Positions 28,951 through 37,359 of a stretch of DNA of 64,000 nt are shown here, in pieces. Positions within the stretch are counted from its first letter, which is position 1. Every line of letters begins with the position of its first letter. This DNA is from Bacilli bacterium (GTDB lineage Bacteria; Bacillota_I; Bacilli_A; RFN20; CAG-826). A program made the position numbers and the translations under genes. The notes under the pieces are model-generated. The model did no database searches. It had not been told where the DNA came from and saw only the letters and a list, made by a program, of their open reading frames with translations. The DNA is taken from contig JAZRZI010000029.1 in assembly GCA_045601325.1 (NCBI GenBank), positions 358-64,357 on the forward strand, in the 5' to 3' direction.

Positions 28951-29355
28951 TCATTTTTTGATAATTTCCAACATTTGCCTTGGTGTTACCACAAACGGCT
29001 TAGTCGGAAAGTGTTTTATGTTTCCTGTAACTAAATATGCATCATTATCTCGAACAGTTAAAACTACCTCATAAAAAATTTTGTCATTATTGTCTTTGAA
29101 AAATTCTTCAGAATTTGTTGGAGTTATTACCACTGCATGTTTAAGAAAATCGCTAATTCTAGAAACTACATCTCCTGGATTAAAACCAAATTTGTTTCTT
29201 AACAACACTTCATAGTATTCTGCAAGTATATCCTCATTTATTAGAGGAATGATATCTCCATTAACACATTTTTCGATTATTTCTCCAGGGATTGAATCTG
29301 GTTTTAGCATAGAAGACACAAGAACGTTAGTGTCAATCACTGCGTAATAAATCAA
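28951..29355 (-). CDS. PIN-domain toxin (VapC-like) of a type II TA pair
   Basis: N-terminal AVIDTNVL acidic-residue block of the PIN fold. 134 aa. Lies directly downstream of an RHH antitoxin gene. Confidence 0.7.
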   Translation of the reverse strand: MIYYAVIDTNVLVSSMLKPDSIPGEIIEKCVNGDIIPLINEDILAEYYEVLLRNKFGFNPGDVVSRISDFLKHAVVITPTNSEEFFKDNNDKIFYEVVLTVRDNDAYLVTGNIKHFPTKPFVVTPRQMLEIIKK

Positions 29356-29646
29356 TTATTTATTTTTTTCCTTTCTAACATCATTAATTATTTGATTGAT
29401 GTCATCTAGTGTCATAGCATCATTTCCGAGTTCTTTTGAACGTTCTTCGAATTTCTTCATGAGAAGATTAACTCGTTCCCTTTCTTCTTTATTCTCTTTA
29501 ATGGTGCTAAATGGGATACCATTAACTTCGATTGACTTAATCAAAAACATTCTTACTGCAGTTGAAAGATCTAAGCCTAATTCTTCAAAGACTTTGCTTG
29601 CTTCATTTTTGATTTTGTCATCGACTCTAATTTGCACTAATCCCAT
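29356..29646 (-). CDS. ribbon-helix-helix (RelB/DinJ-like) antitoxin
   Basis: 96 aa. The N-terminal VQIRVDDKIKNEASKVFEELGL segment is an RHH motif. Directly abuts the PIN gene. Confidence 0.65.
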   Translation of the reverse strand: MGLVQIRVDDKIKNEASKVFEELGLDLSTAVRMFLIKSIEVNGIPFSTIKENKEERERVNLLMKKFEERSKELGNDAMTLDDINQIINDVRKEKNK

Positions 29647-29664
29647 ATTAAACTCCTAATTGAT

Positions 29665-29684
29665 TTACGTAATTACATTGTAAT
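29665..29684 (-). promoter_or_regulatory. overlapping palindromes TTACGTAA / ATTACATTGTAAT in the promoter region of the RHH-PIN operon (probable antitoxin operator)
   Basis: An 8-bp and a 13-bp perfect palindrome lie 20-40 nt upstream of the antitoxin start. Confidence 0.35.
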
Positions 29685-29724
29685 AACAAAGTAATGATAT
29701 TGCAACCTTTTCTTGCAAAATAAA

Positions 29725-29757
29725 AGCGCCAATTTAATGGCGCTCTATTTGTTTTTG
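29725..29757. terminator. terminator after the surface-protein operon (minus strand)
   Basis: Hairpin agcgcca-atttaa-tggcgct with T-runs on both strands. Confidence 0.6.
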
Positions 29758-29763
29758 TTGATG

Positions 29764-32607
29764 TTATGCAACTACAGTTACAGGAACTAGAACTGTTCTT
29801 ATTTCGTCGTGATAGTAAGCTGTAATTCTAAATAAGCTTTCACCCACTCTAGTTGGAGTAAGAGTTTCATTGTTATTAACTGTGAAATAGCTGATTACAA
29901 CATCATCCATAATAATGTGTTGTTTTGCAAAGTATGACATCTTGGCTTCAACTGGTTCGCCATTAAAGAGAACTACAGGAGTTTCAATTGTGTAATCTTG
30001 ACCCATCTTTAATGTAATCTTTTCAGGTGCTTCAATTTCAATTGCGTTATGTGTATATCCGCGAATCTCTTTTTCTAAGTATGCATCTGCGAACATATGA
30101 CCTAAATCAATGTAACAAGCTGCGTCATAGTGGGCTTGGTCAGTTGATTTACCGATAGGTTCAAACGATGTTGTTAATCTAGAAACTGTATCGATAATAA
30201 CGTTATGTTCATCAACACGAGATTTCTTGATACCATTCATTTGTTTTGCAAGTTGCCAAACTGATGTTTCACAGATTAATGCATCATACACAGTAAAGTC
30301 ATATGAAATGTTATCTTTAAATGTTTCTTTAAAGTCATTAATCATGTTGTTGAATGTGTATAAGTATGCGTTTGTAGCGCCTTCAATAGTGGCATCACTT
30401 TCGCCTTGCATCCACATAAATGCGTCCACCATTGGGATAGTGTTAGTGGTTTCACTAATCTTTGCAATCGTGTTAGTCAATGATTCAACTAAACCATTAT
30501 ATAACCATCCTCTTTCATGACTGCCATCGACAGGTGGGAAGTATACATCGACATCGCTTGAAGGTGAGATGAAATCATAGTTAAGTGAACAACCACCGAA
30601 AGCGTATTTAACGATGTATGTTGTTTCATCAGGGAAAGCCTTGGATAAACGATCCGCTAATGGGACTTCAAAACCAAATGTTCCCACAGTGCCCGCTGAT
30701 GAGTAATGGCTATCTGCGTAAACTTTTCTAAAATCGTTGTAATAATCACCATGAGAGTATCCGGTCATTAAAACATTGTCATAGCCTTCATTGATTTCTT
30801 TGATTTTAGCCTCATCTAGTGATGTTTCTAGATATTGATAGTGACCAACACCAGCAGCGTTACTTTGTCCCGCAAGAATGATGATCCTAGAATTGGATTT
30901 AGGAACGTATCCACCGATAGGGGAATATATAACATTGATAGATACATCATCAGTGACAGTTAAACTATCAAGTTGATTATATGTATCGTCATATACTTTG
31001 TATGTGTATCCATCTTTTTTGAATGTATCAAAGTCAAAGACAGTGTTATATTCGACATCGAAAGCATCATCAGGCAAATCAATACCTGTGTAATGGACAG
31101 CGACTTTGCACTTGTCTTTTGCGATGTAATCTAGATACATATCGCCTTGAACTGTATCTTCTTCAAAGTTCCATAAAGTATCTCCATGATACCAATTACC
31201 ATTACCAGTGATGCCTGGATCATCTAATAATGAACCTATTTCCACCATTTTGATGATAGGGGTTTGGCCATAAGTTCTAAATGTAACTTTAGCTAAGCTT
31301 TCATATGAATCAGTATTTACTTTTCCAGGAACAAAGCCAGTATCTACATCCCCTAATAAAATCTTACGAATGGATTCGCATTGTTCGTGAGTGACACCTG
31401 CTTTTGTAACTAAATAATCTTCAGTCTTTTCGGAAAGATTATTACCATTAAACGTATTTAAATAATCACGGATTCTAATATATCTTGTATAGAAATCAGT
31501 TGAGCCTTTAACGTACGCACCTGAAGTGGAGAATAAAGATAATGTAAATTCTTTTAATGCGACTTCTTCGCTGACACCGCATAAGAAGTTTAATACTAAT
31601 CCCATCCAACCAGTTCTATCTCTACCAACTGAACAGTGGAAATAGATTGGGTAGTTATCTTTATTTGCAAACACTTTAACTGCATTACCAAAGTTAGTCA
31701 CTAATGAGTTAGGACCTGTAGTTTCAATACCTTCAGACATACCGGTATTGGATGTGTAATCATATGGAGAAGGATAGTGATAGTAGTCAGATAAACCTAA
31801 AACGTTTTCTGTACCTTCACCAATACCTCTTAAATCAACTTCAGTTTTGATGCCTAATTCATTTTTGAATTCTTCTTTTGCTTCGTTAGTTATTGCTTCT
31901 AATCTGCTACCTCTATAGACAAGGCCTTCTTTAGTTTTCTTACCACTAGAAGAAGCATTACCACCTAAATCTCTAGTGTTAGAAACACCATCTAATTTGA
32001 TAGTTCTTGGTAAGTTACTAACAGTGAAATTAAATACATCAGAATAGACTTCTGTATCATCATTTTTAGTAGCGATAACTTGCCAATAGTAGTTAGTGCC
32101 TGTATATGGGTTATCAAATATTACTGAGTTTTCAGTTCCATTAACTACGTATTCTCTTTCGATAGTGGAGAATGTTTTATCTTGAGAGATGATAACTCTA
32201 TAACTTTTCGCGGAAATGGAAGAATCCCAACTTAAAATGTTATTTGTTGGGCGGTAAATATCGTATTTATCAAAGATTTTTCTAACTTCTCTATTACCTT
32301 CTTCGGTGACTGGATAGCTTGTCCAAGATGTGAGCTCATCTGTGTATTGAGTCAATTCACCGATATCAGTTGCTTTAGAGGCATAAGTGTTCACTAAATC
32401 ATCCATTGCCCAGAATTTTGCTAAAGATTCAGGAAGGAATGTGACGGTTTCACCACGTCCAGGTTTAGTAGGAGTGATTTCGCTTGTTAATGTTCTTACC
32501 GCTCCAGAGTTTATCGCCTTTGATAAGGAAATAGAAACAGGAACAGCTGCTAGTAACATACTAGCGGAAAGAATGATTGTCGGAATAAGTACTTTTTTGT
32601 TTTTCAT
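29764..32607 (-). CDS. secreted multidomain protein: FN3-like domain + PTP-like phosphatase (Y_phosphatase3-type, HCxxGxxR) + sialate-O-acetylesterase (SASA)-like domain + C-terminal Ig-like domain
   Basis: Signal peptide. The NTRDLGG...VDLRG and FHCSVGRDRTG segments give the CX5R PTP signature. The IIILAGQSNAAG segment is a GQSN SASA/SGNH-type motif. RBS AAAGGAGG. Confidence 0.6.
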   Translation of the reverse strand: MKNKKVLIPTIILSASMLLAAVPVSISLSKAINSGAVRTLTSEITPTKPGRGETVTFLPESLAKFWAMDDLVNTYASKATDIGELTQYTDELTSWTSYPVTEEGNREVRKIFDKYDIYRPTNNILSWDSSISAKSYRVIISQDKTFSTIEREYVVNGTENSVIFDNPYTGTNYYWQVIATKNDDTEVYSDVFNFTVSNLPRTIKLDGVSNTRDLGGNASSSGKKTKEGLVYRGSRLEAITNEAKEEFKNELGIKTEVDLRGIGEGTENVLGLSDYYHYPSPYDYTSNTGMSEGIETTGPNSLVTNFGNAVKVFANKDNYPIYFHCSVGRDRTGWMGLVLNFLCGVSEEVALKEFTLSLFSTSGAYVKGSTDFYTRYIRIRDYLNTFNGNNLSEKTEDYLVTKAGVTHEQCESIRKILLGDVDTGFVPGKVNTDSYESLAKVTFRTYGQTPIIKMVEIGSLLDDPGITGNGNWYHGDTLWNFEEDTVQGDMYLDYIAKDKCKVAVHYTGIDLPDDAFDVEYNTVFDFDTFKKDGYTYKVYDDTYNQLDSLTVTDDVSINVIYSPIGGYVPKSNSRIIILAGQSNAAGVGHYQYLETSLDEAKIKEINEGYDNVLMTGYSHGDYYNDFRKVYADSHYSSAGTVGTFGFEVPLADRLSKAFPDETTYIVKYAFGGCSLNYDFISPSSDVDVYFPPVDGSHERGWLYNGLVESLTNTIAKISETTNTIPMVDAFMWMQGESDATIEGATNAYLYTFNNMINDFKETFKDNISYDFTVYDALICETSVWQLAKQMNGIKKSRVDEHNVIIDTVSRLTTSFEPIGKSTDQAHYDAACYIDLGHMFADAYLEKEIRGYTHNAIEIEAPEKITLKMGQDYTIETPVVLFNGEPVEAKMSYFAKQHIIMDDVVISYFTVNNNETLTPTRVGESLFRITAYYHDEIRTVLVPVTVVA

Positions 32608-32608
32608 A

Positions 32609-35600
32609 CTATCTTTCCTCCTTTCTTTTTAGCATCAATAAAACCGTTACTGAACTTGCTAACGCTAATACGAGTAATGATGTAGCGGTGATTGAACCTC
32701 CACAGCCAGAGGAATTATATTTGTATAAAAGTTCAGATAATTGAATTTCGACATAGTTATCGCCGTCTTTGACAAAGCATTTATGACACTCTGAACATTC
32801 ATAGTGTTCTTTAATACCATATCTATCCTTAGTTGCGTTAACTTGTTCAACGAAAACATAACTATGTTCTTTCTTTTCAATAGTGACAATCTTTGTTTGA
32901 GAATTGAATTTATCATTATCAAAAGATACTGAATATGCGATTTGTCCTTCTTGTGAACATGTGGCTTCTCTTAACACTACTTTAGTAGCGGTCTTAGTTT
33001 CACTTATCGCGTCATAACAATGTGTGCAACAAATGGATGCGACACAGTCATAACCATCAGTGGTTTCTTTCCATTCATATGTTGGAGCAAGATAAGAATG
33101 TCCAATGGCGTTAATAGTGACACTTTCTAATTCAATAGTGCACTCGCTATCACCATAATAAACACCCGGTTCATTAACGCATGACCAATATTCAACATTG
33201 CCGTCTTCGCTACATGTTGCGTCTTTCGCGGTATGATGAGTTAAGTCATGTGGTTTCTTCTCAATAAACCAGTTTACTAATTCGTGTTCACCTAAAGAAT
33301 CAGTGAAGTGCTTGTGACAATTTTCACAATAGTAGCAATCAACATTACCTAAATCGTGGCATGTTGAATCAGCGGCATCTAAATGCACAATCTTATGATT
33401 AAACTTTGGAATAAATGGATTGATTAATTCTCTACCTTTAGAGTCTGCAAAGTAATAATTGCCATATACTGCAGAATACCAATAACCGATATTGCCATCT
33501 TCTGTACATGTGGCTTCTTTTGCTTCGACATATGCAAATATGATGTTGTATTTAACAGTGATAGTGACATCATCTGTAACAATTAAGGAAGTAATTTTTT
33601 CTTCACCTAGGAATACTTCAAATGTTGCGCCTTCAAGATTGAATAAAGCGAATGGAAGTGAACTATTCTTAGTTAAAGAGAATGTATCATTTGCTTTTGG
33701 TAAACCTTCATAGTTAACAGTTACTATGTAGTGTGGTGATACAGTTTTAAATGAGGAATATAAATGCATATCGCCTTGCACTGTATCGTTAGCAAAATCC
33801 CATTTACCACCTTCAAATAACCAACCATCAAAGACATAATCGTAATCACCCTCACGATATGTGCTTGGGTTAGCCGGAGGAGTGAGTTTTGAACCAATTG
33901 GAACTTCAATTGGATCTCCATCATCGTAATATATCTTTGCGATGGATGTATTACCATGAACATTAATAGTGATTTCTTTAGAAACCTTTTCGTATCCATC
34001 TAGCTCAAGTTCAATGAGTAATTTCCAAACGCCAGCGTTATATCTTCCGTTAGAAACCGCACCTTCTTCATATGTGAAGCTAATGTTTTCATAACTGATA
34101 TCTTCGCCATATAAGTCCATTGCGTTAACTACGCCTGCGAAGTTATAAACTGGATCACCTTCAATGAAATCATAATTAGAAGAACCACCATAAACAAATG
34201 ATGGTTTATATGACTCTAATTCTTTTGCGATATCCATTGTTATTTGACCAGTTGTGTCAATCGCCCACATCGCAAATGCAGTGGCAATGTTTTTATTAAA
34301 TGCATGATTAAAGATAATTAAGTGGTTTATAGCCATAATAAATGTGCTATTTGCTCCACAAGTGACTTTAATTTCAAATAGATAATCTGTATTTGGCATA
34401 AATTCAAAACCATACATAGTTTGAACTGCTGCGCCACCAGCTTGCTTGTCTTGTAATTGAAGTTGTCTTGACCCAAAGTTGATGGAAATTGTTAAGTTAT
34501 ATAAACCATCAAAGTTCATTACAGGAGCACCTTGAGTAATATCCAAGTTGCCTGTATTGATATTAAAGGCAAGTTCTATTCCTTCACTAGGAACATCATT
34601 CAATATAGGGTGAGGGTTATTAAGACCTAAACTATGCGGATAAGTAACCATTGAATATGTATTGATATCACAAGGGTTTGTTAATTTAAATTCGTCAGCG
34701 TCGCTTTCAATCCATCCGCCTCCCACAAATTTAAGAGTTACTTCTGGGAGAAGGACATCCATAAACACTGTATTTTCTGGAATGTGTAATGTTGGAACGA
34801 TATTGTTTTTATTCATCAACAATACTTCATTTGGATACATGACAAAGAAATAGTTATTGCCATGATCATAACCAACATGAGTTCTTGAATATTTATCATG
34901 GATTTCACTGATAGATAATCCATTGATTGTTAATTTATTACCAATTTCAAAAGCGGTAGTGGCTTGGTTAGTCGCGTCAGCAACATGATTATTAGATAGA
35001 TAATCCACTCCAAAGGTGCCAAACGCTAAGATGAGGGCTTTATAATCAGCTGAACTAGTTTCTCTATTGTTCCAACCACCAGCGATGCCATTATATGGTA
35101 AAGCAGCCTTAGGAATTTCTTCCCCGTAGATTGACTGACCTACTGTTCCTAAATCATGGGTGTTAGAAAGTTTAGAAATTGTTTCAGATTTTTGAACGTA
35201 TTTCTTCTTTGTTCCTCCGTTAACACAATATGTATATGATGGGAATTCACATCCTTCTAAAACTTTTACATATGTATATGTTCCATCTTGAATAGCGGTA
35301 CTAGCGTCACGTCTCAAACCGATTCTAAAAGTTCCATCTTTAAAGAAGAAGTTAAAATCGACAGTGAAATATAAATCACTTAATGGAATATATGTTTGCT
35401 TGTCATTAGAGAATTGAACATATGTTAAGAAGTTATAATCAGACGTCTTATAATAAGTTGCGTTACCAACGTGCAAAATGTCATCCGTCATATCAGAAGT
35501 GTAATCGTTTGTGGATAAACTAAAGAATATCCAAGAGTCACTTCCGTCATAATAAAATGTCGTGGAGCTAGCGAGGATCTTGGTCTCAACTGTTTCCCAA

Positions 35601-35701
35601 TCACCTTCTGCGCTAGCAACACTATCGTTACTAACTGTGTTCAAGGTAAATACGGATAAGAACAAGGCCACCAAAGAAAGTAGTTTTTTATTTTTTCTCA
35701 T
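32609..35701 (-). CDS. large secreted surface protein with four Cys-rich ~55-aa repeats and a C-terminal GCGGS-TM-KRK anchor
   Basis: RBS AGGGAGG lies 9 nt before the ATG at 35701. Signal peptide. Repeats of the form ATC(T/S)EDG...Y...C..C.K.F. The C-terminus is SSGCGGSITATSLLVLALASSVTVLLMLKRKEER. Confidence 0.6.
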   Translation of the reverse strand: MRKNKKLLSLVALFLSVFTLNTVSNDSVASAEGDWETVETKILASSTTFYYDGSDSWIFFSLSTNDYTSDMTDDILHVGNATYYKTSDYNFLTYVQFSNDKQTYIPLSDLYFTVDFNFFFKDGTFRIGLRRDASTAIQDGTYTYVKVLEGCEFPSYTYCVNGGTKKKYVQKSETISKLSNTHDLGTVGQSIYGEEIPKAALPYNGIAGGWNNRETSSADYKALILAFGTFGVDYLSNNHVADATNQATTAFEIGNKLTINGLSISEIHDKYSRTHVGYDHGNNYFFVMYPNEVLLMNKNNIVPTLHIPENTVFMDVLLPEVTLKFVGGGWIESDADEFKLTNPCDINTYSMVTYPHSLGLNNPHPILNDVPSEGIELAFNINTGNLDITQGAPVMNFDGLYNLTISINFGSRQLQLQDKQAGGAAVQTMYGFEFMPNTDYLFEIKVTCGANSTFIMAINHLIIFNHAFNKNIATAFAMWAIDTTGQITMDIAKELESYKPSFVYGGSSNYDFIEGDPVYNFAGVVNAMDLYGEDISYENISFTYEEGAVSNGRYNAGVWKLLIELELDGYEKVSKEITINVHGNTSIAKIYYDDGDPIEVPIGSKLTPPANPSTYREGDYDYVFDGWLFEGGKWDFANDTVQGDMHLYSSFKTVSPHYIVTVNYEGLPKANDTFSLTKNSSLPFALFNLEGATFEVFLGEEKITSLIVTDDVTITVKYNIIFAYVEAKEATCTEDGNIGYWYSAVYGNYYFADSKGRELINPFIPKFNHKIVHLDAADSTCHDLGNVDCYYCENCHKHFTDSLGEHELVNWFIEKKPHDLTHHTAKDATCSEDGNVEYWSCVNEPGVYYGDSECTIELESVTINAIGHSYLAPTYEWKETTDGYDCVASICCTHCYDAISETKTATKVVLREATCSQEGQIAYSVSFDNDKFNSQTKIVTIEKKEHSYVFVEQVNATKDRYGIKEHYECSECHKCFVKDGDNYVEIQLSELLYKYNSSGCGGSITATSLLVLALASSVTVLLMLKRKEER

Positions 35702-35715
35702 TGTTATCACCCTCC

Positions 35716-37359
35716 CTATTTAATTTTTGTATATAGGATATTTATGACCGTGTCTCTTCTAACGGTGAACTTAGTTATTTCTTCACCAGTATCGGAAATA
35801 ACAAGCATATTATATCCATCAACTCCGTAATCGCTTAATAAGATTGATTTGCCATAAAGCATATTTAAAATTTCATCTTCTCTAGCAATGCCAACGAAGT
35901 GAATTCTTATAGCGTATTCATTTAAGTAATCAGCATAAATATAAGTGGCGTCAGTAATTGGTGTAGCAAAATCAAATACCTCTTGATTTGAATACCAAGT
36001 CATACCTTCTTTTAGTTCATATGGAGCGGTAATAGTGGTGCCAACATCCACCATCATGCCGACATCTTTATTACCAATAGATTCAAATTTAACGAGAGCT
36101 TTGCCTTCGTAATTATCCTCTGGTTTAAATGGTTTCACACCATGAGTGATTTCGGTTTTACCGGATAAAATATCTCTAATTGATTGGATTTCTTCTGCTG
36201 TTAATCCAATTAATTCGTGTGTTTCTTCATTTTCAATTTGTTTTAAGTAATTGACTGCGCCTTCTTCTAATGTGGAGCCAAGACTTTCTAAGCCATTGAT
36301 AAATTGACAAATAGTGCCATAGTTTAAATCTTCAACTGTCTTTTGATATGCACCTGTCACTGACCACATTGATGTGTAGTAATCGTGAATGATATATTCT
36401 TTCGATGCACCCATGAGTGATTGAAGAAGCATATCTAATGTACCAGTTCTATCTCTACCGACTGAGCAGTGGAAAATAATTGGATAGTTATTTGGATCTG
36501 CGAACACTCTTACTGCTTCAATCATCGCAGGGCGATATTCTTCTTTGAAGTTATCAGAATATAACTGCAATGTTTTGTTGTAGTAGTTAGTTAAATTAGC
36601 AGGGTTAACCGCACCTTCTGCTTTATTTCTAACATCCAAATCAGTTTGGATATCTAAGTTTTTTAATACTTGGATACCTTCTTCCGCGATATCATCTAAA
36701 CGAGCGCTTCTATAGACAAGTCCTTGTTTGATGCCGCCTAAGGATGAAGTAAATCCACCGATATCACGTGTGTTAGAAACACCTGGAATATCTAGTGTAC
36801 GTTTATAATCCGCACTGTAGAAATCAAAGATACCTGATTTAACTTTTCCTTTTGTCGTATTAGCGGTAACTTGCCAGAAATAGTGGGTATTTGAGTATGG
36901 ATTTACCATCGTGTAACTTTCTTCTAGTAAACCTTTAGTCTCATAAATTGCTTCTGTTAAATCGCCTTTTAAAGATACGACAACATCATAACTAGTAGCT
37001 TCAACGTTTGATTTCCAAGTTAAAGTATTATTAACTGGTTTGAAATCATCCCATCTTGCGTATAAATCTCTACATATTTTGTGATCGTATGCAAAGTCAG
37101 GGAATGATGCAATTTCAGTGTTATTCTCATAAAGAGTTTTCAAGTTCTCATAATCACCAGCTTCGCTATCCCAATATTTAGCGATATCGGAATTAACAAA
37201 ACTAACTACGGAACTATTCTTGTGAGATAAAGCTTGAATAATGTCGTAGTCAAATGTCACATCACTAGATGCTTTTGAAGATTTAAACGACTCTTTAAAT
37301 GCTGCCATAGTGAATATAACACCAGTTAATAAGGCAGGAATTAATATTTTCTTATTCAT
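35716..37359 (-). CDS. secreted PTP-like phosphatase (Y_phosphatase3-type) with an N-terminal FN3-like domain
   Basis: RBS AGGGGGT. Signal peptide. The VSNTRDIGG...DLDVRN and FHCSVGRDRTG segments (HCxxGxxR) are present. Paralogous to the phosphatase domain of 29764..32607. Confidence 0.6.
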   Translation of the reverse strand: MNKKILIPALLTGVIFTMAAFKESFKSSKASSDVTFDYDIIQALSHKNSSVVSFVNSDIAKYWDSEAGDYENLKTLYENNTEIASFPDFAYDHKICRDLYARWDDFKPVNNTLTWKSNVEATSYDVVVSLKGDLTEAIYETKGLLEESYTMVNPYSNTHYFWQVTANTTKGKVKSGIFDFYSADYKRTLDIPGVSNTRDIGGFTSSLGGIKQGLVYRSARLDDIAEEGIQVLKNLDIQTDLDVRNKAEGAVNPANLTNYYNKTLQLYSDNFKEEYRPAMIEAVRVFADPNNYPIIFHCSVGRDRTGTLDMLLQSLMGASKEYIIHDYYTSMWSVTGAYQKTVEDLNYGTICQFINGLESLGSTLEEGAVNYLKQIENEETHELIGLTAEEIQSIRDILSGKTEITHGVKPFKPEDNYEGKALVKFESIGNKDVGMMVDVGTTITAPYELKEGMTWYSNQEVFDFATPITDATYIYADYLNEYAIRIHFVGIAREDEILNMLYGKSILLSDYGVDGYNMLVISDTGEEITKFTVRRDTVINILYTKIK

